Shown one piece after another: positions 10,241 through 24,569 of a DNA stretch of 64,000 nt. A program made the translations under genes and the position numbers. The notes under the pieces are model-generated. The model did not search any database. It was not told where the DNA came from and saw only the letters and a program-made list of their open reading frames with translations. The stretch's first letter is position 1, and every line of letters begins with the position of its first letter. The stretch comes from Haliotis rufescens (Eukaryota), in assembly GCF_023055435.1 (NCBI RefSeq), contig NW_025963891.1, forward strand, positions 9,920,001-9,984,000, given 5' to 3'.

Positions 10241-12420
10241 TACTGTTGTTGCTTGGACGGTTTATTTGAGATATGGAGATCATTTGTTGAACCTGTGTCA
10301 TATAATAGGCACGTGAAAATTATTTAGCAATCGAATCCTAGTGGAACGCCATTTATCACACCATACATAACATAGACTCTCGACAGTCAAGAACGCAAAG
10401 AAATTGGTCCAGGCTGGTCAACTGATGATCAAATGAAACTACTTTAACACGTTTTTCTATTATCGTTCTATTTTGAGGATAGAGGAAGTGAGTTGGGTTT
10501 GGTTTGTCCAAGGAACGGAACTCTGCACGGCGAATAGCGGCGCCTCAGACGACTGAACCAATCGCATCCTCATCCTTGAGGATAGACCATTATGCGGTGA
10601 ACTAAATACTCAGAACCAGACATTATACGATTAAATGAGGAGACACATGTATACAGGATCAAGACAAATGGACATAATAAGTTGTCACCAGTTAATTCCT
10701 GAAACAAATTGAAATAAAACGGTTATTGGCAAATGAACCCATTACGATTACTATTTTCAACAGATATCCTAAGAAAATAAACAGAACGAAGCTATCGCGT
10801 GTACAGCAAAGAGTGAGTGAGTTTAGGTTAACGCCTCTTTGAACAGTACGTCAGTTTCATCAGCACTCGTGACGGGTGCTATAATGCTATGTCACACATG
10901 GGTGCTCTTGAATATTAATACTCTCTTTTGATTAATTGAAATTATATTCACTGCTCCACGGCTCAGTCATATATATCCGCTTCACCCACGGGCACTTTAC
11001 CGGGGAGCATGGTACATGTGACGGGTAATCGTGACCTAGTGTCGCACGGGATATGATGTGGTAGTGCATGGTTGCCTAGCATTGGACAATAAGTGAAGGA
11101 AACATTACATTCCTTAGAACTTTTATCAGATGGATACCAGACCTATCCTTCATTTGAATGGTTAAAGCTTCACCAACGTTACAAACTTTTAACTCAGAAC
11201 TTATCAACTTAAAATATTTGAATAAACTTTAATTTTAAAGTCTCTGCAATGAGCATGACCTTTCACGGGGCACAAAGTGCTCTTGTCTCACAAGGTAAGA
11301 GATTCAGTCTAACTAGTGGTCTGGTGACTCTCTTGGAACATCTCCTTTCAGTCTCTTCACATTCCTGCTGTAGTACAGTAGGTCTGGTATTCATCTCGTC
11401 AGGCACTGATAATGATGTACTCGTAGTGTCTTGATGGTCATCTGGCTTCCACTGCTCAGTTGTCTTGTTGCTGGACATTACTGAATCTCACTTACAGTCA
11501 CGGTTTCTGCCGTCCTAGTAGTTTCCTCCCACATATGAGTGAGTGAGGAATGAGTATGGTTTTACGCCACTTCTATATTGCAACAATATCACGAAAGGGA
11601 CATCGGAACATGGGCTTCATGCATTGTACTCAGGTGGGAAAAAACCCCGGGTGTTTGCCGTGACGAACTAACACTTTTACAACTAGGCTACCTCATCGTC
11701 CCTGTGATGTGCAGTACTACAGTATATTTGTTTTGTTTATATTTAATTCACTTACTTTATTTGAATGTTCATCTGGAATATAATTATATATTAATCATAA
11801 AATATCGTAAAATATCACTGACATTAAATGTTTGGAGAATTGACATTACCTGAAGTTGATGTCATAATGCGTTATCACCCAAATAGATGTTATCCCACAC
11901 CAGGGTGGTGAACACATTGCCGCGAAATCCATAGGGAACATCGGTTTCATGCTGTAATTTTGTTTTGTCGTCAAAGCCGTATCAAGAGTCACCGAGTAGG
12001 AAACGCCGTGTCCTAACGAGTTGAGTAGCTGCTGTAATTTGGTAGACCCTTTAATGTGTCTTTAGGGCCACACCTAAAGCAAAGTGTTTTCGCATCAGCT
12101 TTCCACCACAGAGAAAAGACGAATTATGTCTTGTGAAAGAGAAAGTATTTTTCTGGTTGTTATTTCCTTTTATTTCCACCAACTGCCGTTCTTTTAATAC
12201 TTTTCTCAATTATCTAAATACGAAAATTTCTTGAAGGCTTTAATGCGAGGTGTTCAGATTATATACACATTTAGTGTACTGTTTATAACATGACGCATGG
12301 TACCGCATTTCTGTACATACTGGGTCCGAGTACCAAATACGGGTCTCTTGTTTTCTCTTCAAGGATCAATTTTTGTTTTGATCGCCTTCATACATTTTGT
12401 CCTGTCCATTTTGTGACCTA

Positions 12421-14732
12421 GATCAGAAGATGTTTTGGACTTTAAATCGACGTGGGAACTAATTGCATGCCTTGAAGCAGAAGGTGTGCAAACAAGAAAT
12501 GCCCAAGAAATCTGTACCATCATGCCAAACCATATGAAACAGGTATCAAGCGACCAAGATGAGCTTCACTTTGATCAAGAGGTTAGGAAGCACATTGAGG
12601 GACACGTGGAAAGGATACGTTTGGACATACAGGGCACTGACCAGTCATCAGTTGATCTTCTAACAAGTCCAGGGAAAAAAAAAAAAATTTGCAAAACCCC
12701 AAAACGCAAACAAGGCTGCTGGTATGGACAACATGTTTTTGAACATCTTTGATATGGTGGAAAATACCTTACAAAGTGCTTGTCAGAACTCTTTAACCTC
12801 GTTATTACATCTGGATACATTCCTGCCCAATGGAAAAGAGGCACTATCATACCGATATTCAAAGGAGGCAACATGTCTCGCGTGTTACCGGATTCCTATC
12901 GAGGGGTAACCCTATTGCCGGTTATATACAAGGTATTTGAAGTCATTGTAAGTAGTAGAATCCAACAGCTCACCAACAGTGAATCCTTTCCATGTATACA
13001 ACAACGTGGTTTCTAGAAAGGCCTTTCCTCCAGTGACACCTCCTTAATTGTACAAGAATCAATACTTCATAAAGAACGATCGGACGCCATCAACTTAGCC
13101 TTCTTAGACAGTTCAAAAGCGTTTGACGCAGTATGACACCAAGGACTTTTATACAAGCTGTATCATCTTGGAATCCCAGATGCACTGTGGGGGATATTTG
13201 ACAATAGATACAAGTTCATCGAGAGCAGCGTCCTTGTTAATAACACAAGATCATACTGGTTTCCGTTATCAAGAGGTGTTCGGCAAGGAAGCGTCCTGTC
13301 GGCAAAACTCTACCTGCTATACATAGATGAACTGTGAGAGAAACTGTCCACCAGCAAACTTGGTGCAGTGATCTTGGATATCCATGTAATGGCACCCACT
13401 CAAGCGGACGATATAGCAATTGTTAGTCCAGTATCAGCAAATCTGCAGAAGATGATGACCATATGTGAAAGATATAGTTCAGACTGGCGGTTCTCTTTTT
13501 ATCTCCTTCCAAGAGCCAGATAGTCAGATATAGTGACAGAAAAGCAGCTGCTTCTAGTGTTGTACTCTATGGACGTGATATCCCAGTGACAAATGAGCTT
13601 AAGCACGTTGGTTATATTGAACACTGAATTTAACTCATGGTAGAGAACTCTGGAGAGCTGCTCAAAGATGAAAGCATCAGCCATGGCACTCGTCAAATCG
13701 GGACTGCATGAACGCGCTCTAAACCCCATGACAAGCTCAAAACTTATTACGGCAATTTGTATCCCAAAGGCTATGTTTGGGTGTTATGGTCGATGATTTC
13801 CAAGGCAGAAATTCTGGCTATAGAAGGAGCACAGAGGTCCATTCTCAAAATGGCACAGGGACTTCCACGTCATACTAGGTCTGACATAGTTAATGCTCTT
13901 CCCGGCTGGCTCCCCATAGAATCACTTTTCAACATCAGGAAACTATTCTTTCTTGGCCACCTCTGTAATTGTTCTAATCATCTGCTTTCTAAGAAGGTTT
14001 TTATGACTCGTATCTCCATGTATATACATAAGTGTTCATCCACAAGTATGGGCTTTGTCCCAGACATATGTCGCATCCTCCACAAGTATTCATTATACTG
14101 TCACCTGGAGGCATTTCTTAGTTCCAGTACATCCCTGGAGCGGAAGATATGGAAAAGGACAGTCAAAGAAGCCGTGAATACTTTTGAAGTACCAGCATGG
14201 CGGGAAAGACTTTCATCAGAAACTGACACTGTGCACTTTGAGAGTATTCACACGTGGCGAGGAGGATAGCTCGAGAGTGTCCTGAGCTAAAGGCAGCTGC
14301 CTGTTTTGCTGTCCACATTTGTGCGATGTGGAGACCGGGGAAATTACATGGTATCTGTTCACAGTGTAGTATTAACTACCATGACTTACTGACTCACGTA
14401 CGGTGCCACTGTGTGAGTAAGAGAACAATAAGAGAGAACTTATGGTGTGACATTGTGTGTATAGGTCCCGTTGACATCAGCGTTGAACTCCACAACAAAT
14501 CAGGTTATGTTTGCTGTCCTGTAAGCCACCTTTGGATACTGATCCAGATACCAGTGGCTCTTACTCACGAAGTGAAATTCGAGGACTATACCGCTTTCAT
14601 TATATGGACGGAATTTACTAACAAAATACGTTACCACAGTGGTATATGGTGGTATACTCTGACAATGTAATAATTTTCATGTACTTATCTTTAATATTAT
14701 ACCTTGTAACTCTCCTATTGAGGAATAAAAGT
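12421..14732 (+). mobile_element. Degenerate LINE RT copy, unit 2
   Basis: Same element, retaining the 442-bp segment (ORF 13757-14269, QRSILKMAQGLPRHT). Confidence 0.9.
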
Positions 14733-16776
14733 GTACTTCTCCCTTTCTTTTAATACTTTTAATTACCTCTGCACAAAGTTTCTTGGAGGCTTTCATGCGA
14801 GGAATTCAGATTATATACACATTTAGAGTACTGTTTTATAACATGACGCATGGTACCGCGCTTCTGTACATGCTGGGTCCGAGTTCCCAATCTGTAATAA
14901 AATCTGGTCATCTCCTTTCAGTCGTGCATCCTGTAAAGATTTGTCAGCATTTGTATCACATCTGATAAGGGTCTCTTGTTTTGTCTTCAAGGATGTTTCA
15001 TCAACAATAACTTTAGTCTTTTTAATGATGACACACTCCTCAGGAAGTATATGATTTGATCGCCTTCATACTTTTTGTCCTGAGTTATTTTGGATCTAAG
15101 AACAATCCTTGTCATTTTAAGGGATGGTTAAGAGGTTGATACATCTGTATCTCCATGTTGAGGGGAAGGTTCACAGGTAAACACATCTGCCTCTCCATCA
15201 ACATGTCGTAAACACACCGGACACCATGAACTGTACGTTCCATAAACCGTCGATTGCAGTAGCGGCGATAAATTGCGTGTCACTGCACTTGGACGGCGTA
15301 AGACTTTGATTATACAAGAAGGTATAAGACGCCGTTCCCAGGCGAAACTATAATGTGTATGTCACCAGGATATAGTTCGAATGTTGCCGATTGCTTCCTA
15401 ATCAATAAAATAAAATAAAATCTACTAAAAATGTACTGGCATAAACAATTCAGAAACAACAAATACAGAACCCACCTAGATGAAACACATCAAACCATAA
15501 TACACAAAATGCCATGTCTATTTGGAATTAATTAAAACACAAATGATTACATGCAACTGAATTGTTAAGGCAATGGAAACTAAACACTCACTTATGTGGT
15601 AATTAATCAGGTGTGAAACTGGAAAGTAAAGTTGATAAATGAACATGAGTATAATTACTACATATTCTTTGTTTGGTTCAAATACAAATCTGAAGACAAA
15701 ATTATCAAAATGAAAACGTTCGTACTCATGATCATCGGATGCTGGCTTCCCTAAGGGGCGTAACTCTTGACTGCCAATTACGGAACAATAGGCGACTGCA
15801 CCCATATCTCCCTCCATGTCATATATTACAGAAATTTATAATCTTACAGATACTAAGAACGACCACCATTGTATTGACTGTATTTGTATAACTTGCCGGA
15901 TAAAGAAAGTATACACTTGACAAGGGATTTTGACAACCGTTGTCAAAAGGTTACCAAGCTGAAAACAGTCGCCGAAACACTGCAAAACTTAAGGTATAAA
16001 TCTATGAAATACATCACAATCGAATAATCATTTTTGTTTGTTTCAATTTTAGCAACAATAAGAAATGTGTTTACACTTTCTTTTGCCCGAAAGTTTAGAT
16101 CTCTTGACAAATTCTCAAGAAGAATACATGCAAGCGTTTTAGGAAAGACGTTTCTGTTTATCACCTGACTTTTGGAGAGTGAGTGAGAGAGTGGGTGAAT
16201 TTGGTTTTACGCCGCTTTTAGCAATATTCAAGCAATATCACGGCGGGGGACACCAGAAATGGACTTCATCCATGTGAAGAATGGAACCCGGGTCTTCGGC
16301 GTGACGAGCGAACGCTTTATCAACTAGGCTACCTCACCGCCCAACTGACTCTTGTAGCATTGGCAATGTCAGATAATTGACATAGTTTAGTAATCATGTA
16401 GATGCAAAACAAATTCAGTCAGCTGTTGACTAGTTACGACTCTTGAGTTCTTTCATCATGTCAATTGATTGTAGGGTGTATCACCATGGTCAACAGTAGG
16501 TGGCAAAGAGATCTAATCGAGAGAGATATCAAAAACAGGTTATTTTATTAAGAACGCGACAATTATTGTCTCAACATGTGTAGGTTTCAAACAGAGAATA
16601 TTCGTTAAGAACAGGACATCTGTCTGAATCGTCTAGTTGAATTAGTTTGCTGTTAATTAAAGCCATCCTACTGTGCGCTGTGATTGACTAAGTCACCAAC
16701 TATGAAGAATCGGAACATATATAAAGCTTTACATTTAAACACATCACAACAGTTGAATTTCTCAGCTTCAAGGACA

Positions 16777-19530
16777 ATGAAGACTTTTTTCGCATTTGTA
16801 GTCGCTGTTGTAGCAAGTCAAGGTGAGTGTTTTAAATGGCCATGCCTTCTTACTATCCACTTCTCAGTAGATACGATGGTCGTGGCTAAGGCGCAGCAAT
16901 ATGATATTTACGGAAATCCAATTATATGCATTAATTCTTTTTCTGATGTGTTCGAATCTAAACATATTTACATTAATTATTTTTTGACTAAAGTTGACGC
17001 GTTGACGCTTTATATTTACATGTTTTCAGCTATGGCCCTGTCGATACAGGATGGAAATGATGAGTGCGCTGATTGCATCGCTTTCATTACTGATCGCCAG
17101 GAGATGGAACTCGAATCGATTGTACGTAAGTAATACCGACTATAACCCATGATGGTTCGTAAAAATCGTACCCACTAACATATACGTACATGTTTAGAAC
17201 ATTATCTTTTTGATTATACACTAATGGTTTATACCCCTAACCTCAACATAATACTTAAAGTAATGGGACCAGTCAACCAAGTGTTCGTTTCGGAATCTAC
17301 ATCTGAATTTTCCAATTTCCCAAAATAAATGGGATCTGTCCAGTCTTTGGTAGAATATTGTACTGAACCCTACTCTCATATATTTATCAGTATTCTATCT
17401 ACTACAAATGGATCTATTACTACATATATTTAAAGATAAGTTTACCCCAGAACGTAAGGAGGTAAACATGTCACAAATACACTCATGTCTCTTCTCCAGA
17501 TCTATTGTACTGAGTTTTTATATAACATGTGTTTCAGGAAGAACAGGAAGCAAAAATGAACAACGTCTGTTCTTCAATGGAACCCAGCAAGGTGGAAGAG
17601 GTGAGATAAATAATAGTTCTCAATAGTAAACAAACGCATTTCATAAACAACAAGATCAGATGTTTCATTGCAAAGAGCAATGTACTGAATATATCACAAG
17701 GTAGATAATTAAAAAGGTACAATAATCTATATTCATAGCAAACTGTGTTGATCCTTAACGCTGTGAATTAGATAAACTAATATTCTTGAAGCTAATATTA
17801 TAAAAACGCGTATTTGCAGTGTAAGACAAAAGTGCAGAAAATATGCCAGAAGAAGAAGGACAAAGTCAACAGTCAGGTAACTGTTAATTTTTACATCATC
17901 AGAAATCCTGCTCCAATCAATGGACTTATCATGAAGCACAAGATTGCGTCAGCTTACACTTGCATATACTGACATCATGAAAAAGGTGATTGATGCAAAA
18001 AGTTCAGGAATGTACCAATCAGATGGAATTTAGATACCCGGGGAAGGAGATGGAAAACTCTATATCAGCATTTCAGCTTACATTTCCTTTATCAGAATAA
18101 TAACCTTTACCATGATTTCACTGAGTTACACAAAATGCTGAGAATTGGACTATGATTTTACCCTTTAACTCTATAATTATTATTGTACACTGCGAGTAAG
18201 CAAAAGGATTTGGTTTTACAACATATCATGTAATTGTGTTCACCTTCATAGAGCCCTGAAGCCATCTGTAAAGCCACCAAGTACTGTTCGTCGCTTGATA
18301 CCGCCAACATGAACACACCTACAAACAAGGCAAGATTAATACCTAGTACCAGTCCTCTAGTCAACAGGTTTAGTGAGTATAACTCATCAAACTTACACAC
18401 AATCAAATGAATGTCTTAACGTGTTCATGATTTGTACAATTTACTGGGTTCGAAAGTAGGTTCGTCTTTCGTCACACTTATTGTGCTGCAATATTATTGT
18501 TACATTGGTTACAATCTAAAGTTTAAAAACTGTAGGCATAATGATGCATTCAATTTGTCATTTCATGTTTCGTAGGTTCAAGGGAGACGGCGATGCAAGG
18601 ACTGCAAGAACTTTCTAAAAGACGTCAAAGAAAGGCAAATGGTCACTGTTGTGAGTGACAAATATTGAGAAGGTTTAATCACTCCTATGTTGGTCTGGCA
18701 CATTTACATTATTTCCCAAACTACATAAAACATGTACCATCTTGTTTTAAGTAAAATAACTAATCGTACACGTTGATGTAATGCAATCATAACATCATGA
18801 CAACGTGTAGTTAAAAACGTTTCTTTTACAGGCCTCTGTAAAGGAACTGATCGAAACCATGTTCTGTGAAAAGCTCAGCGAAGACCGTCAGGAACAGGTG
18901 TGTATATAGTTATCCAATCATTGTTCAGTTTTCTGATTATGATATAAATTCAGTAGTTCTTTCCTTATTATAGTCCTAGACAATCTATGTGTTTGACACC
19001 ATGAATATCGGATACAATGACGTGCACCATTCAAGTCAGCTAGCCTGACCATCTGATCCCGTAGGTCGCCCCTAATATTGTGTTACAGGTAATTTCATAA
19101 TCAGTCATGATACATATTCTTATTTCATTATATAATGTGTGTATGTATACAATTTCACGTTCATCTTATTATGTTTGAGCATTCTGTGTACTCTGTTTCA
19201 GTGTGCTGACTTTCTAGATGCAGCAATCGAAATCGAAATCGAGCTACTAGATTTGGTGGTAAGTAAATGTTGGATGTATAAGTGAGATACTCATTGTTTT
19301 GATATTTACATAAACTTACACTTTACAGCTATATATGTCGATTTCTTAAGACATATCCATTAAGGACACTTATCAATATGTATGATCGGAATGAAGTATA
19401 AAACCTGGATAGTAAGAGTTAAAAGACTACTGTTTATTTAATTAAAAATATGTAAAAGAATGGAACTTTTTGTTTATTACAGAATGTTAAAACGTCATGC
19501 AAACTACTTGGTATGTGTGGTGCCAACTAG
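16777..19530 (+). CDS. Secreted two-domain saposin-like protein, copy 2
   Basis: Exons 16777-16822, 17030-17121, 17538-17600, 17820-17876, 18252-18329, 18576-18650, 18832-18897, 19202-19258, 19483-19530. Frame and splice sites intact. Differences from copy 1: H30D, P99S, G117R, M170I. Confidence 0.9.
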
Positions 19531-22500
19531 TTGTAAGGTGAGTTGTATTGAACGTGATATAGGCGAGGTAAGGTGAAGTGAGGCGGGATGAGTTTTAACA
19601 TCGCGTTCAAGATTATTGCACTCCATGTGGCGGCTTGTTCTCGTCCGGACTTTATAGTGCTTGCTCACTGAGATGCCATGTCGCAGTTTCACATAGAAAC
19701 CCCACTCTGACACATTATACTCAGACACCGAGCCGGCCATTGCTTGTTGATGGTTGATGTTGCGCTAAAGCACACACGGGTGCTTTTGAACATTGCTACT
19801 CTCCTTTTACAAATTGAAATTATGTACTGTTTCGTGTTGATTCCCAAATTGAAATAGTATGTTAATCCAGAAGTCTGAACGTAAAAGAACTTCGTGTGAA
19901 ACCAACAAACAACCAGCATGTTGTATACAATCAACAAATGAATTACAAAAATTAACTGGGTTTACAAATCAGGACAAATTACTCCACATTAATTACAATG
20001 GCGCCTCGGGCAATACACCATGGAGGTTTTCCTTCTGTCTACGCAATAGTTACACCGCTGTCTGAGGAACAAGTTTCGGTTGGAACTATTGACTGTTTGT
20101 TTCGTTTACTTCAACGCCACAATCAGCACTATTCCAGCTATATGAAGGCCTGTCTGAACCAGACACGCAATCAGCCAAATTACCGAGTCTGGCCACTCGA
20201 CCCATTAAGTCGCCTCTAACGACCAGCATAGGTTGATTGGGAGAAATACTTACTCTGGACCAATGGTCTTCTGCTCCCCGGACGGATGCTCTGTCCACTC
20301 TGATATGAAATATTCTTACATTATTACACATGACACGGTTAACTTCAGTGTGTATTTTTGGTATTGCAGATGCTGACAATGCTGCCTCTCGATCCTTCAT
20401 CGCACACGAACAACGTCACGTGTAAAACATTGTCAATAAAACTTTGCATTTGACCAGAGTACTGTTGTTGCTTGGACGGTTTATGTGAGATATGGAGATC
20501 ATTTGTTGAACCTGTGTCATATAATAGGCACGTGAAAATTATTTAGCAATCGAATCCTAGTGGAACGCCATTTATCACACCATACATAACATAGACTCTC
20601 GACAGTCAAGAACGCAAAGAAATTGGTCCAGGCTGGTCAACTGATGATCAAATGAAACTACTTTAACACGTTTTTCTATTATCGTTCTATTTTGAGGATA
20701 GAGGAAGGGAGTTGGGTTTGGTTTGTCCAAGGAACGGAACTCTGCACGGCGAATAGCGGCGCCTCAGACGACTGAACCAATCGCATCCTCATCCTTGAGG
20801 ATAGACCATTATGCGGTGAACTAAATACTCAGAATCAGACATTATACGATTAAATGAGGAGACACATGTATACAGGATCAAGACAAATGGACATAATAAG
20901 TTGTCACCAGTTAATTCCTGAAACAAATTGAAATAAAACGGTTATTGGCAAATGAACCCATTACGATTACTATTTTCAACAGATATCCTAAGAAGATAAA
21001 CAGAACGAAGCTATCGCGTGTACAGCAAAGAGTGAGTGAGTTTAGGTTAACGCCTCTTTGAACAGTACGTCAGTTTCATCAGCACTCGTGATGGGTGCTA
21101 TAATGCTATGTCACACATGGGTGCTCTTGAATATTAATACTCTCTTTTGATTAATTGAAATTATATTCACTGCTCCACGGCTCAGTCATATATATCCGCT
21201 TCACCCACGGGCACTTTACCGGGGAGCATGTAAATGTACAGTGACAAAGACAATAAGGAGACATGTAAGGTTCAACCATTTCATTGCATGGTACAAGTGA
21301 CGGGTAATCGTGACCTAGTGTCGCACGGGATATGATGTGGTAGTGCATGGTTGCCTAGCATTGGACAATAAGTGAAGGAAACATTACATTCCTTAGAACT
21401 ATTATCAGATGGATACCAGACCTATCCTTCATTTGAATGGTTAAAGCTTCACCAACGTTACAAACTTTTAACTCAGAACTTATCAACTTGAAATATTTGA
21501 ATAAACTTTAATTTTAAAGTCTCTGCAATGAGCATGACCTTTCACGGGGCACAAAGTGCTCTTGTCTCACAAGGTAAGAGATTCAGTCTAACTAGTGGTC
21601 TGGTGACTCTCTTGGAACATCTCCTTTCAGTCTCTTCACATTCCTGCTGTAGTACAGTAGGTCTGGTATTCATCTCGTCAGGCACTGATAATGATGTACT
21701 CGTAGTGTCTTGATGGTCATCTGGCTTCCACTGCTCAGTTGTCTTGTTGCTGGACATTACTGAATCTCACTTACAGTCACGGTATCTGCCGTCCTAGTAG
21801 TTTCCTCCCACATATGAGTGAGTGAGGAATGAGTATGGTTTTACGCCACTTCTATATTGCAACAATATCACGAAAGGGACACCGGAACATGGGCTTCATG
21901 CATTGTACTCAGGTGGGAATAAAACCCGGGTGTTTGCCGTGACGAACTAACACTTTTACAACTAGGCTACCTCATCGTCCCTGTGATGTGCATTACTACA
22001 GTATATTTGTTTTGTTTATATTTAATTCACTTACTTTATTTGAATGTTCATCTGGAATATAATTATATATTAATCATAAAATATCGTAAAATATCACTGA
22101 CATTAAATGTTTGGAGAATTGACATTACCTGAAGTTGATGTCATAATGCGTTATCACCCAAATAGATGTTATCCCACACCAGGGTGGTGAACACATTGCC
22201 GCGAAATCCATAGGGAACATCGGTTTCATGCTGTAATTTTGTTTTGTCGTCAAAGCCGTATCAAGAGTCACCGAGTAGGAAACGCCGTGTCCTAACGAGT
22301 TGAGTAGCTGCTGTAATTTGGTAGACCCTTTAATGTGTCTTTAGGGCCACACCTAAAGCAAAGTGTTTTCGCATCAGCTTTCCACCACAGAGAAAAGACG
22401 AATTATGTCTTGTGAAAGAGAAAGTATTTTTCTGGTTGTTATTTCCTTTTATTTCCACCAACTGCCGTTCTTTTAATACTTTTCTCAATTATCTCAGTAC

Positions 22501-22699
22501 GAAAATTTCTTGTAGGCTTTAATGCGAGGTGTTCAGATTATATACACATTTAGAGTACTGTTTATAACATGACGCATGGTACCGCATTTCTGTACATACT
22601 GGGTCCGAGTACCAAATACGGGTCTCTTGTTTTCTCTTCAAGGATCCATTTTTGTTTTGATCGCCTTCATACATTTTGTCCTGTCCATTTTGTGACCTA

Positions 22700-24569
22700 G
22701 ATCAGAAGATGTTTTGGACTTTAAATCGACGTGGGAACTAATTGCATGCCTTGAAGCAGAAGGTGTGCAAACAAGAAATGCCCAAGAAATCTGTACCATA
22801 ATGCCAAACCATATGAAACAGGTATCAAGCGACCAAGATGAGCTTCACTTTGATCAAGAGGTTAGGAAGCACATTGAGGGACACGTGGAAAGGATACGTT
22901 TGGACATACAGGGCACTGACCAGTCATCAGTTGATCTTCTAACAAGTCCAGGGAAAAAAACATCAATTTGCAAAACCCCAAAACGCAAACAAGGCTGCTG
23001 GTATGGACAACATGTTTTTGAACATCTTCGATATGGTGGAAAATACCTTACAAAGTGCTTGTCAGAACTCTTTAACCTCGTTATTACATCTGGATACATT
23101 CCTGCCCAATGGAAAAGAGGCACTATCATACCGATATTCAAAGGAGGCAACATGTCTCGCGTGTTACCGGATTCCTATCGAGGGGTAACCCTATTGCCGG
23201 TTATATACAAGGTATTTGAAGTCATTGTAAGTAGTAGAATCCAACAGCTCACCAACAGTGAATCCTTTCCATGTATACAACAACGTGGTTTCTAGAAAGG
23301 CCTTTTCTCCAGTGACACCTCCTTAATTGTACAAGAATCAATACTTCATAAAGAACGATCGGACGCCATCAACTTAGCCTTCTTAGACAGTTCAAAAGCG
23401 TTTGACGCAGTATTACACCAAAGACTTTTATACAAGCTGTATCATCTTGGAATCCCAGATGCACTGTGGGGGATATTTGACAAAAGATACAAGTTCATCG
23501 AGAGCAGCGTCCTTGTTAATAACACAAGATCATACTGGTTTCCGTTATCAAGAGGTGTTCGGCAAGGAAGCGTCCTGTCGGCAAAACTCTACCTGCTATA
23601 CATAGATGAACTGTGAGAGAAACTGTCCACCAGCAAACTTGGTGCAGTGATCTTGGATATCCATGTAATGGCACCCACTCAAGCGGACGATATAGCAATT
23701 ATTAGTCCAGTATCAGCAAATCTGCAGAAGATGATGACCATATGTGAAAGATATAGTTCAGACTGGCGGTTCTCTTTTTAACTCCTTCCAAGAGCCAGAT
23801 AGTCAGATATAGTGACAGAAAAGCAGCTGCTTCTAGTGTTGTACTCGTATCTCCATGTATATACATAAGTGTTCATCCACAAGTATGGGCTTTGTCCCAG
23901 ACATATGTCGCATCCTCCACAAGTATTCATTATACTGTCACCTGGAGGCATTTCTTAGTTCCAGTACATCCCTGGAGCGGAAGATATGGAAAAGGACAGT
24001 CAAAGAAGCCGTGAATACTTTTGAAGTACCAGCATGGCGGGAAAGACTTTCATCAGAAACTGACACTGTGCACTTTGAGAGTATTCACACGTGGCGAGGA
24101 GGATAGCTCGAGAGTGTCCTGAGCTAAAGGCAGCTGCCTGTTTTGCTGTCCACATTTGTGCGATGTGGAGACCGGGGAAATTACATGGTATCTGTTCACA
24201 GTGTGGTATTAACTACCATGACTTACTGACTCACGTACGGTGCCACTGTGTGAGTAGGAGAACAATAAGAGAGAACTTATGGTGTGACATTGTGTGTATA
24301 GGACCCGTTGACATCAGCGTTGAACTCCACAACAAATCAGGTTATGTTTGCTGTCCTGTAAGCCACCTTTGGATACTGATCCAGATACCAGTGGCTCTTA
24401 CTCACGAAGTGAAATTCGAGGACTATACCGCTTTCATTATATGGACGGAATTTACTAACAAAATACGTTACCACAGTGGTATATGGTGGTATTCTCTGAC
24501 AATGTAATAATTTTCATGTAATTATCTTTAATATCATACCTTGTAACTCTCCTATGGAGGAATAAAAGT
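22700..24569 (+). mobile_element. Degenerate LINE RT copy, unit 3
   Basis: Same element, with the same 442-bp deletion as unit 1 (junction at 23843-23846). Confidence 0.9.

Noticed and set aside
16684-17133. 149-aa track ORF (and its copies) as a single-exon gene
   Set aside because: It begins upstream of the TATA box and fuses promoter, exon 1, intron 1 and exon 2. The spliced model explains the signal peptide and the cysteines.
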